NCBI GenBank assembly: GCA_047495785.1
Contig: JBLDXI010000012.1
Location: 434,001 to 498,000, forward strand
Length of the DNA: 64,000 nt
Reading direction: 5' to 3'
From: Lepidodermella squamata
Taxonomy: Eukaryota; Animalia; Gastrotricha
The position numbers and the translations under genes were made by a program. Positions within the stretch are counted from its first letter, which is position 1. Each line of letters starts with the position of its first letter. The notes below the pieces were generated by a model. It was given only the letters and a program-made list of their open reading frames with translations, was not told the DNA's origin and made no database searches. This document shows positions 39,159-50,013 of the stretch, in pieces.

Positions 39159-39187
39159 TTTATAAGCATAAGATCACGATTACGTCA
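39159..39187 (-). promoter_or_regulatory. Putative promoter of TSPO T2: TATAAA plus CRE/bZIP-like TGACGTAA
   Basis: Minus-strand TATAAAG at ~39158-39164 and TGACGTAA 39180-39187, about 90-110 nt upstream of the ATG. Confidence 0.45.
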
Positions 39188-39366
39188 CGCTGTTCTGTTT
39201 CTTTTAGACTCAATCGACCTTGTTTCGTAACAAAACAATGCAAAAAATCTTGAAAATTATTTTAATTATTTTTTTGATGCACTCATAAAAAACGACTTCG
39301 CAAACGCAGTTCGTTCGCAGCTGGTACGATGTTTCCTGAGAAAACACTATAACCCAAACTAATATA

Positions 39367-40255
39367 CCGTAATAAAGTGGTATGTTGTATGGGGCTACTT
39401 GAACGGGAAAATACTTTTCCGAAGCTAGCCTGTAGCTGTAGAACTTCAACTCCACAAATTTTATATCAGAATCATATCGCTTAATTGTCGAGGTTGAACC
39501 CCGATCGTAAACCAATGAAATCAACCCGTTCTAACCTAGCGATCGGGACCAAATGGCCGCATGACTATCTCACTCGAAGATGAACCATATATGGCACAAA
39601 TTAGGACGATGAACCATCGCCCACCTTGCGATACGCGCAAATTTTAGGTAGCATTTTCCACTTAAAAATCGGCCAAGTTACACCTTAAAATGCAGGTGAC
39701 TAATCTCTTGATACCGGCAGCAGATTTCCAATTCCAAGGTGTCTCATTCGATAGCTACCATTGAGAGGAATCTGTTGGTGGAAACGCTTATTGTACCATG
39801 GCCCCTAAATCCCCTAATTTCCCTAAATTAGCGTTCAAAATCTCGAGACCTAAAATCGATCGGCTGATGAAACCAATCGATGAAAATCGGAGATCACTTT
39901 TCGAATGCGGATAAATGGCGGTTCTAGTATCATTGTAGGAAAAGACATTCGATTTTGATTTTGATCGCATGGATTCCTTCGGTTACTCGCCTTGGATTCG
40001 GTACTCACCAAAATTCTACCGGAAATCGAACTTGTAAAAAAATTTCCCCCTAACTTTTCCCGTTTTTTTTATACTTGGTAATATGTTTCATTGGTGTAAA
40101 TTTTACACATCTAGGCCTGGCTTTCCTTGGGCTATCCAGCGGTATCCCACTCATGGGGTCTTTACCTTGCCGGCTTCGATAATTTGAGTGGCCAAAGTCA
40201 CCCCTTTTTGACATGTCAAAGTCACACCACTGTGCAAAGTCACCCCAAATTACGG
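39367..40255. mobile_element. Decayed non-autonomous pogo/Tc1-mariner-like element
   Basis: TA|CCGTAAT ... ATTACGG|TA termini; right end has three CAAAGTCAC(C/A)CC direct repeats (40193, 40217, 40235). Left boundary is weak. Confidence 0.5.
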
Positions 40256-40645
40256 TATATACACTTAAATGGGAAGTTGAGAATGTAATAGGGAAGTTGA
40301 GAAATTAAAGTTAAAAAGTGGAAAAATCTGTGTTTTTTCTTGGAAAATATGTGCTACAGAATGTTCCCGCTGCAATTTTTTTTCAACAAAAATCGCTGTC
40401 ATTTTTTATGTAGATTCGGCGACGAGGTGACTATTATCTGTCGCTTATTTCCGGTAATATGGTTCAGAAAAACTCTCATACAATATTCCATCTAAGCCAA
40501 ATTTTATTTGAAAGTGTATAAAGATTGTTCCGAATTCCAAGGAAATGAAAGCAAGTACAAATTACCAGCATTATTGCAGTAAACAAAAACAAGAGATTTA
40601 AGCATGCTTTAATACAAGCTGCTATAAAAAAGAAATTATGACAGG

Positions 40646-41284
40646 TTAAGGAGCATAACTCGGAGGTGCGTTTTGATTTTTGCCGTCCGGATTGTATATC
40701 ACAATGTAAACGGACAGCGAGCAAGCAATAGCCAGCCAGATCACGTAGGGAAACAAAAGTCCAGCAGCGATTCTTGAAACACGCCAAAATAGGACAATAC
40801 AGGCAACAACAACGATTATCAGCAGAATAATATCAACAAGACTCGCTACCAGCCAGCCCTTGCCAAAAAACATGGGTGTCCAAATGCCATTGAGCATGAG
40901 AGATACGGCGTAGACCAGCAGTGGGATGGTCACATTCGCGCCGTTTCGCACGTGGAAGAACCAGAGTAAGAAACTAGCGACGCCCATCAAAACGTAGAGT
41001 AAGGTCCAAACGACGGGAAACACCCAACCAGGCGGCATCCACCTTAATTACAGGGAAAATAATTAATTTTTCGATTTTTATGAAAAAAAATCAACTTACG
41101 GAGGCTTATTGATTCGTTTATACCAATCGTTGTCTTCAGTTCGGCCAACGCTTGTCGATCCGATGAAACCAATCACATTAGGGAAGGCGATCATAACAAT
41201 CGCAACTGCAACGGCGATGATTGGATTAACAGGGTATCTGCGCGGGCGGTCATCAGATTCATTTGCAATTTTTCCAGACTCCAT
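40646..41284 (-). CDS. TSPO: TSPO paralogue T3; intron 41043-41099
   Basis: WYKRINKPPWMPPGWVFPVVW, WTPMFF, FPYVIWL. Confidence 0.93.
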
Positions 41285-41401
41285 TATATCAAAATAACTA
41301 AGGATAGATTAGGAAATAATCAAAAAATATTTAGTGAAAATTCGATAATAAAAAACAACAATTTTTCAGTTCATATTGCGAGAATTCTTGAATAAAACCG
41401 G

Positions 41402-42031
41402 CTAATTTTGGCTTGGGCCAGTCGTCGTCGTGTCAATAAATAAACCGGGCTGATTTTTGCCGTCTTTGTTGTAAAGAGCCAGGTACGTGTTGAGCGAAAT
41501 AGCAATACACAGCCAAATCGCGTATGAAATCATCATAATACCAGCAGCGAGCGAGATTCGCCAGAAGAGCACAATGCAGGTGATCACAGCGAAAAACAGC
41601 AGAATCAAATCGGCGAGGCCGAGTTTGAACCACGCGTTGCCGAAAACAATCGGCGTCCAGTAGCCGTTAAGCAGAAGTTGAACGGCGTAGACAACAGCGG
41701 GTATCGTGATATCAACGCCCCGCCTGACGTGATTGAGCCATAGGAGGAAACTCGCCGTTCCCATGAGAATGTACAAAGTCGTCCAAACAACACCGAAAAC
41801 CCAGCCGGGCGGGGTCCATGGAGCTTTTTTGATGTGTTTGTACCAGTCTTGTTGCGTCACATCGCCGGTAGATAGCCCGCCGATGCCTCCGATAGCCAAG
41901 GGGTAGCTGATGCAAACGATCGCAACAAGAACGGCGAGGCAACAATTGACTTTCTTCGGACGAATATTGGGCGTGGACGCCGAAATTTCATCAGAAAATT
42001 CATTCTCGAGCTTGATTTTATCAGAATTCAT
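41402..42031 (-). CDS. TSPO: TSPO paralogue T4, intronless
   Basis: WYKHIKKAPWTPPGWVFGVVW, WTPIVFG. Confidence 0.93.
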   Translation of the reverse strand: MNSDKIKLENEFSDEISASTPNIRPKKVNCCLAVLVAIVCISYPLAIGGIGGLSTGDVTQQDWYKHIKKAPWTPPGWVFGVVWTTLYILMGTASFLLWLNHVRRGVDITIPAVVYAVQLLLNGYWTPIVFGNAWFKLGLADLILLFFAVITCIVLFWRISLAAGIMMISYAIWLCIAISLNTYLALYNKDGKNQPGLFIDTTTTGPSQN

Positions 42032-42191
42032 CTTTCAACATAAATTCTATAGGTAAATTTTAGAAATAAGCGAATAGGAATTTTTTCTTTGGTTTCTATG
42101 AACGATTTATGGGAAATTCACAACGACTTGATTTCATTGAGATTTTTCTCGAAAACCAACAAATTAATACGAAAAAACAGGCAGTGAGAAC

Positions 42192-42728
42192 TCAATTTGA
42201 TTTCTTTTCCTTCGGAATTCCATTCGGATTCTTGATTGCGATGTAGAGGTTCAACGTAAAGGCAAGAGATAGCCACGCGATGTAAGGTATCAATAAATTA
42301 GCGGCAGTTTCATTAATCTCTCGAAATTTGATGAAACTAGCAACTGCAGTTGTCCAAATGGCGACAATGTCAATAGCGCCAAGCCAAAATCGACCGGCGC
42401 CGAAAAACAGCGGACCCCAAAGGCTGTTGAAAACCAAATTAGCCGCATAGGTAGCCAAAGCGATTTGAACAGCCTCGGTTTTGTCGTCGTATTGGCGAAC
42501 GATTAGGAAGGACGAAGTGCCCATCAACAGGTATAGGATAGACCAAACCGGGCCGAAAACCCAATCAGGAGGATTCCATGGGGCCTTCTTAATCCTTTTG
42601 TACCACGTATCGATGGCTTTCCAGTTCATTTTTGAGACAGCGCTCGGGAAGAATCCGATCCCGAGAGGTATGCCAACGCATGCTATCCATAGTAGGGTGA
42701 GACAAAATCCAGTGGTACACTCTGTCAT
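42192..42728 (-). CDS. TSPO: TSPO paralogue T5, intronless
   Basis: WYKRIKKAPWNPPDWVFGPVW, IPYIAWLSLAFTLN. Confidence 0.95.
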   Translation of the reverse strand: MTECTTGFCLTLLWIACVGIPLGIGFFPSAVSKMNWKAIDTWYKRIKKAPWNPPDWVFGPVWSILYLLMGTSSFLIVRQYDDKTEAVQIALATYAANLVFNSLWGPLFFGAGRFWLGAIDIVAIWTTAVASFIKFREINETAANLLIPYIAWLSLAFTLNLYIAIKNPNGIPKEKKSN

Positions 42729-42890
42729 AATTTAAAGCTCTAAAATAAATAACAAAAAATTAAAGAAGGAAATTTTCATTGAAATTAACAAGAAAAAACA
42801 TCAAGACATACAACAAGGCAAAAAAGCACAAGCTAATGAGATAATAACAAAGGCAGTTAGGGAAGATCTGAACCGAAACCAGATACTTTT

Positions 42891-43469
42891 TTAATTCGAC
42901 TTCTTGCTTTGGGGAGCCCCATTCGGGTTATTGATGGCAACGTAGAGATTCAGTGTGAATGCGAGGCTGAGCCATGCGATGTATGGCACCAATAAATAAG
43001 CAGCGATTTCATTAATCGCTTGAAACTTGATGTAGCTGGCTACGGCAGTAGCCCAGATGGCAGCAATGTCAAGCGCTCCGAGCCAGAAGCGGCCATGGCC
43101 GAAGAACAGCGGAGTCCAGATGCCATTGAAAAACAAATTGGCCGCGTAAGTAATCAGGGCGCATTGAACAGCTTCAGTTTTTTCGTCATACTGGCGTAGA
43201 ACCAGGTAAGAAGCCGTTCCCATTAGGATGTATAGAACAGTCCAGACAGGGCCGAAAACCCAGTCAGGTGGGTTCCATCTGTAATAAAGGATTATTTCAA
43301 CAAAGCTAATAGTAATTTATTCAAGCACTTACGGAGCCTTCTTAATTTTCTGATACCAGGTCTTGACTGCATCCCTGGTAATAGTCGAGCCGTGGAATCC
43401 CATACCGAGAGGAATGCCAACGCAGGCCATCCACATTAAAGTTAAGCACCAGCAAGTGCAGTCAGACAT
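42891..43469 (-). CDS. TSPO: TSPO paralogue T6; intron 43279-43332
   Basis: WYQKIKKAP|WNPPDWVFGPVW, WTPLFFG, VPYIAWLSLAFTLN. Confidence 0.95.
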
Positions 43470-43752
43470 TTTTAATGTTTCACTATTAAAATAATTCGTA
43501 TTGATTGAAAATAAAACAATTCATTTACCTCAATCAAAATAATTCAGGGTGAATACTCCCATTTTCTGGGGTGACGTTAAGCGAAAATTTAGCGAGAGCA
43601 AGATTTTCACAACGAGTAAAAGATTGCATCGAAGAAAAGCACCGCGAAGATCACATATACGAAAAAAAAATTCAGAAAAAATAGCAGTTTCAAGCTGTTC
43701 AATCGAGAGAAATCTGTCAAAACAAATCAGTAGCCAGTTTTTAGACAAGCCA

Positions 43753-44277
43753 TTAAGTAGTTTTCTTGATTGGCCGAGGCCCATTCGGATTCGCGATAGC
43801 CACGTAAACATTGGCCGTTGACCCAATTGTCAGCCAAATCATGTAAGGAATCAGAAAATACGGGGCATATTCATCGACTTCCGCGTATTTGACCATGCAC
43901 AGGGCAGTAGTTATCCAGACTCCAATAATGTCAAATGAAGCCAGCCAAAATCGGCCCAAGTAGAAGTAAAAGGTGGTCCAAATAGCTTGGAGAAATGCAT
44001 TTACAGCATAGATAGTCAAAGCCGCCTTAACCAATTCGGGTTTTTCGTTGTATTGACGAAGGACAAGGAAAGAAGCGGTACCAATGCAAAGATAGAGAAT
44101 GATCCAAGCCGGCACATAAGCCCAGCTTGGAGGTGCCCAGGGTGCTTCTTTCACTCTGTTTCGCCATGTTTTAAGCGAACCTTTAGCTATCTGCGCTCCG
44201 ATAAATCCGCCGACCAGTGGCACAGCAACATTGGCCAGCCAAAGCAAGACCTGCTGATATATGGGCCACCCAATCAT
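43753..44277 (-). CDS. TSPO: TSPO paralogue T7, intronless
   Basis: APWAPPSWAYVPAW, IPYMIWL; first ATG at 44277. Confidence 0.92.
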   Translation of the reverse strand: MIGWPIYQQVLLWLANVAVPLVGGFIGAQIAKGSLKTWRNRVKEAPWAPPSWAYVPAWIILYLCIGTASFLVLRQYNEKPELVKAALTIYAVNAFLQAIWTTFYFYLGRFWLASFDIIGVWITTALCMVKYAEVDEYAPYFLIPYMIWLTIGSTANVYVAIANPNGPRPIKKTT

Positions 44278-44356
44278 TTCTACTTTAATTTCTCTAGTCA
44301 GCAAAAAATAATCAATTTTAAAGCGATTTTAGGCCGGAAAAATAAAGAAATTTGAT

Positions 44357-44977
44357 TCAATTTGCTTTTTTCACAGAGTCTTTCGAAACGGCAGGGTTAT
44401 TGATGGCCATGTAAAGGTTTAAAGTGAGCGAAAACGTTAGCCAGGCTATATAAGGCACCAACAAATAGGCAGCAGTCGTTGAAATCGGGTAAAACAGAGC
44501 AATTGTTGCAGCGATTGTTACCCACAAAGCGAGCAGGTTGAACAATGCCAGTGATAACAAGCCTTTCCCGAAAAATAGGAAGTTCCATAGCAGGTTCAAA
44601 AACAAACAGATTGCGTAAGTAATAGCCGGCAGGGTAATACTAACGCCATTGGATGCATGCTCATGCCATACTATATGAATCGAAAATCGGTGGTTTTCGT
44701 TAATTAGATTACTTCGTTAATTAATCACCTAAATACGATGCGTAGCCAGATGTTATGTATAAAGGCATCCAAACTACAGGGAACACCCAGTCCGGAGGAT
44801 TCCAGCTAAAATAATAAATTAATTTGTGCTTGTGAGATAAAATTAATAAAATTACGGAGCCTTTTTAACATCTTTGTACCACGTTTGTTTAGCTTTCTTA
44901 CTGGATTTTCCATTGATGATGCCAATGATAACAGGAAGCAAAACAAACGCGGCAAGTGTGCACGTATCGCAAGTCAT
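44357..44977 (-). CDS. TSPO: TSPO paralogue T8; introns 44806-44855 and 44671-44728
   Basis: WYKDVKKAP|WNPPDWVFPVVW, VPYIAWL. Confidence 0.92.
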
Positions 44978-45155
44978 TTTGCAAAATATGTTAATAGCAC
45001 CTATCCAGAAAATAGTATGGGGTCTTTAGCAATTGATTAAAAATAACGAATCACTGAAAAAGAATACATGGAAGAAGCGGCAACCGAGTATTCAAAATAA
45101 TTGACACCGGAGATCGATAATCAGAGGGAAGATTTGAAAACTCGAAACCAGAGTG

Positions 45156-45768
45156 TTATTTTTGTTTATCTCCAGTTTTAGGAATTCCATCGTTGTGAAG
45201 AGCGACGTAAACGCAGAGGGTTGTAGCCAGGGTAACCCAAAACATGTAAGGCGACAACAAATAGGCAGCTGTTGCCGAAATCGGATAAAATAAGACGATG
45301 CAGGCAGCAACAGATACTCCCAATAGAAAAGAGACAATTGTGGCCAATTTGAAATACCCCCAGTGGAAGAATATTGGAATCCAAATCAAGTTGAAAAACA
45401 GGCTGGAAATGTAGGCGATTGACGGCAACGTAATGTCAACGCCGTGTTTGCTATGCTCTTGCCAAACTAATTGTCAAGTACTCATTAGCAATATTTATCA
45501 AAAAGACAGTTTCTTACCTAAATGAGTGGCATAGCCAGAAGTTAGATATATTATAAACCAAGCAACTGGGATAACTTTCTGCGGAGGATGCCAACTAGAA
45601 AATTTGATTTTTAATTTCAATAATAATCCTAATTCTTTGAACTTACGGTGCCTTTTTAAGATCCTTGTACCACGTTTTTGTAGCTTTCGATGTTAATCCA
45701 AAACCTGACCAGCCTAGTGCAAAAGGGACGAGAATGTGGGCGGCCAAAGACCACGGTGAATCAGTCAT
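45156..45768 (-). CDS. TSPO: TSPO paralogue T9; introns 45595-45646 and 45467-45517
   Basis: WYKDLKKAP|WHPPQKVIPVAW, WIPIFF, SPYMFWV. Confidence 0.9.
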
Positions 45769-45980
45769 TTTGTCAAGGCAAAATATCTAATAAATTATAT
45801 GTAAGAACTCATTGCCTTTACTTTAAATAGAAATCATCACTCTTCTTATAGTATAGGCCCAAGACAAAATTCAGAAATTAAAATCGGCAGTTTTATAGCA
45901 AGATATCATTGAAGACGATCAAATAGGAAGACGATTGTCAAAATGTCATGAAATCAAAGCGCAAAAATTATTAGCAGTTT

Positions 45981-46549
45981 TTATGATGACTTAGCATGAG
46001 GTCCATCAGGATTGTAGACTGCGATGTAGAGGTTAAGCGTAAATGCGAGCGAGACCCACGAGATATACGGTATCAACAAGTAAGCCGCAACAGTTGAGAT
46101 CGGGTAGAACACGATAATAGAGCCTAAGATGGTTAACCAGAGCACTGCCATTTCGGCCGCGGCGGTTTTAAACATGCCGAACCAAAAGAATATCGGCGTC
46201 CATAAGGTGTTCAGCACAAGACTTGATCCGTAAACAACAGCTGGTAGGGTGATATCAATCTTGTGTTCATTGTGTTCGCGCCATATCAAGAATGATGAAA
46301 TGCCCATAAGTGTGTAGAGCGTGGTCCAAACGGGGCCAAACACCCAATTCGGAGGATTCCATCTGCAATACAGAATTATCAACAATGCTGTATATTTTTT
46401 CATAGAGCATAATGTGCTTACGGAGCGCGCTTAATGCGTTTATACCATGTTTGAATGGCGCCTCTCGTTAAAAAAGAACCGCTAAATCCGATAAATAATG
46501 GGATGCCAATAAAACCAGATAGAGCGACAATTTCGTCATAAGACAGCAT
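45981..46549 (-). CDS. TSPO: TSPO paralogue T10 (first in transcription order); intron 46363-46421
   Basis: WYKRIKRAP|WNPPNWVFGPVW, WTPIFF, IPYISWVSLAFTLN. Confidence 0.95.
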
Positions 46550-46691
46550 TTCCAGTGACAAGAAATAATTGAACAACAAATATATAAAATCTACGGAAAA
46601 ATAAGCTTGTTGTTATTATGATGTCAAGTAAGAATAATTGCTTTTCTCCCTCAAGTGTGCAGTTCTTTAGTGTTAGCGCCAACCGTCTCGC

Positions 46692-46699
46692 CTTTTATA
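46692..46699 (-). promoter_or_regulatory. TATA box upstream of the TSPO array
   Basis: Minus-strand TATAAAAG about 145 nt upstream of the T10 ATG. Confidence 0.5.
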
Positions 46700-49274
46700 T
46701 CCTTACACGGCCTTGATAACATGGACACCCCTGATACTTGAGACACATGCATTTACTCTGCTGTTTGCGTATCAGCTGCATGCATTACGAAATACGCTCG
46801 TTCATATCACATAGTCCAATGCAGGCAAGTATATTTATACTGTTTTTGTTCCGTACTATTTTTTGCCATTTACGTGATGGGGAGAAACGAGTAAATGGTG
46901 GCTGAAAAAATCCCCGGGAGCAAAGTGCGCGATCTACCTATTTTGTTTGCTTAGCTCAAATCAGAAAGACGCCACATATCTAATTAAAACAAGGCGTGCC
47001 GTAAAATGATAAAAATCCTAGTTTTCATCGCAGGACATACGCGGGACACAATTAAGGTCACTGTAGTATCTCGCGATGAAAATTAAAATGTCTATCACTG
47101 TCGTGTGGCTCTATTGTTCGTTCATTTTAGCAAAACCCACTTGGAAGAGAATAGTCCAAGTTTTGAGTGGTATTATTTGGATCACAACAAATTCGTGCAT
47201 CAACATTATTGCACGCTACTTTTTCTATGAAGTTGTACTTTAGAAATTGCTCGAATACTTTTCCATCGTAACTAACGGATGTGCCAAATTTATCCACGAA
47301 TAGGAAGCACAAATCCTCCAAATTAAACGAAGCGAGCTGAAAAAAACAAAAAATGAACGTGAGAAATAGAGGTTAGTGATTGATGCCCAAGTCTGATATT
47401 GAGGTGTTTACGAAAATACCTATCAACCCGTTTATTAAAGGCATGATTGCTTTTGCATAGAAAAAATATAATGAAGTTTTGACATTCATTAACATGTTAA
47501 TTATTTTACAGCCGAACCAAGCCATCATTTTCTCAAATATCAGCAAAAAAATCAAAATTTAATCAACAGGCTTGTTTACGTTATTAAGGTTATTAAGGTT
47601 ATTAAGAACGTTTTGGTTGCGGAAAATATCAATATTACCTGTTATCTTGCGAAAGGAAGCACGGAATTTCTAAGCACGACGTTTCACTTCATGCAAAAGG
47701 AGGCCGCTAAAGTTGACGACGTTCTTTCATGACTCACAATCTGCTGCCCTTTCCCTCATTCAGGGCGGTTCCCCGAAATGGGCAATCAAGTCAGGCATCT
47801 CAGCGTCTCCGGTAGTATAGTAACGATCAATGATCATCAGCACTGATAAATCTGTTTATGCATCTTAGCTCTTGACTGAGCAATTTCGGGAAGGTGAAAA
47901 GAGCTCTGCTGATGTGTGTTATATACATCTGTATAATTAGATGAGATACCAGTCTAGTGGATGCAGTAAAATAGTATCAGAATACTAGCAGACTAGTTTT
48001 TCACTCCGAGGAGTTCAACAGCCGCGCGAGCAGTTCGACCAGCTTGAGGAAAGAAGGATGTTTGATAATAATCACCGACCGTCGGTGGTACTGCTGGCTA
48101 TGCACCCCTTAGCACCCGCTACGATCACATGCAAGAACAGCAACTTGTAATGTCCAATGAAGCGAATGGCCATTGTTGTAACAGTCTCAAATCTTGGAGT
48201 GAAGGTTTTAGCGTATCATGGATATCATACACAGCCGCCTGAGCTGTTTCCGGTGATCGAGAAGAGTCCACGCCGCTTTGGGCAGACCATTAGTAACGCA
48301 GCTAAAGGCTATAGAATTAAATGGGTAACATATAAAATTATCATCATCAGATAAGGCTGTGCCAAAAGAACTGCTGTGTCCCAGTAAACACGGCCGAAGA
48401 AAACTTACCGCGCAAACGCGCGAAACTAATTTAAATAATGTTTGGAAACTTTGTTAAAAAATTACACTGTACATTTTATTTGCGTTACTAGAAATAAATG
48501 TTTACAAATGTGATAAACGTTCTAACTCGCAATATTTTTTTGGTTTTTTTTTTTGATAACTTTTTTCGTGATCTCGAGTATAGCACCATTTCAAGTTTCA
48601 AGCTTGTTGAATGGGACCTGAACCTTGTATTCTGTATTCCCAGGGCAGATTGCCGGAGACCTGGAGTTTGTTAGGAAACCTTAAAACTTGTGAAAATCAA
48701 GTTTTATTTCTCAAAAATCGTAACAAATACGTAATGGTAACCACGCCTTGTTCGAAGCTCGAATCCTACCAAATCTTTCATGCCACCATATTCATTTTAT
48801 CTATTAAAACTGGCTCGTTAAAGCCCGGGGTGCACCTTTACCCCAGTGTTTAATGTTCAATGGTCAGCCCGCGAAACGGGCATCGATCAATAGCGCCCTC
48901 CTTGAACTTTGAAATTCATCATTTTGATTTTACGCAATAGCCTTGTTGCTCTAAAAGAACGCCTTTTGCTACCCGTGACCCCTATACCTGGTCCTATTTG
49001 CAGCGACAGAGCCGTGTATCCCGACAATAAGCTCAAAGCTCGAAAGTGTTTTTTCTTTCATTGATAGTTGATAGATTGCTCGATTTATGCTCGATTATTG
49101 CAATGTCCGAACAGGTTTTCTCAGCGATCGCTTTTACCTATACTTCCTCTAATGCTGTGTACTGCGGACTAAACTTGGTTAATGCACACAATTTTCCTGT
49201 CTACTTGTTACCTACCTGTCGCATTTTCTAGCTTATAGACAACTATTATCTAAAAGCGCGAGAACATTTATAAA

Positions 49275-49915
49275 ATGTTAAAAGTCGGTCAAACGTTGTA
49301 TTCATTTCGTATCGTTTCGTCGCGATTTTTCAGTGCGAAAGCTTCCCCAAGGGTGTTTTTTGACGTCTCTGTTGATGATAAGAAGGAAGGAAAGATAGTC
49401 TTCGAACTGTTTTCTGACACTGTGCCGAAAACTGCTGAAAACTTCCGCGCCCTATGCACGGGTGAGAAAGGTACTGGAAAATCGGGAAAGCCCTTACACT
49501 TCAAAGGTTCAATCTTCCATCGAGTTATTCCCAAGTTTATGGCACAGGGCGGTGACTTTACTCGCGGTATTTCTGTCTTTAAATGAATATAATTCTGTTT
49601 TTAATCGTTAAATATTGTGCAGGTAATGGCACTGGTGGTGAAAGCATTTACGGCGCCAAGTTCCCTGATGAGAACTTTAAATTGAAGCATGATATTCCCG
49701 GTCTTTTATCTATGGCGAATGCTGGTCCCAATACTAATGGTTCCCAGTTCTTCATTACTTTTGTGCCTTGCCCTTGGTTAGACGGGAAACACGTTGTATT
49801 TGGTAAAGTTGTAGAGGGACTGGAAATCTTGAAGAAACTTGAAGCTCTCGGCTCTGCCTCTGGTCAAACCAAGAAGCGTATCGTTGTTTCAGACAGCGGC
49901 GAAGTCAAGGCCTAG
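49275..49915 (+). CDS. PPIF: Cyclophilin PPIase with probable mitochondrial presequence (cyclophilin D-like); intron 49567-49622
   Basis: R/S-rich, acid-free N-terminus; [52 protein letters not shown]; divergent loop GKSGKPLH. Confidence 0.85.
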
Positions 49916-50013
49916 AATCCAATTGTGTCGCTCATACACAAAATTAATCGAACTTTGTGCCTTTAAATAATTTACTAAACATTTTGTTTTGTATTAGATA
50001 GTTTTACTTTGCT

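Noticed and set aside
46871-46876. TACGTG hypoxia-response-element-like word upstream of the TSPO array
   Set aside because: A single hexamer is expected by chance.
48581-48602. TAGCACCATTT resembling miR-29
   Set aside because: Only 11 nt match and no convincing precursor hairpin.
48589-48914. Possible MITE with TTTCAAG-TTCAAG ends (similar word at ~26498)
   Set aside because: Inverted match is short and imperfect, with no TSD.
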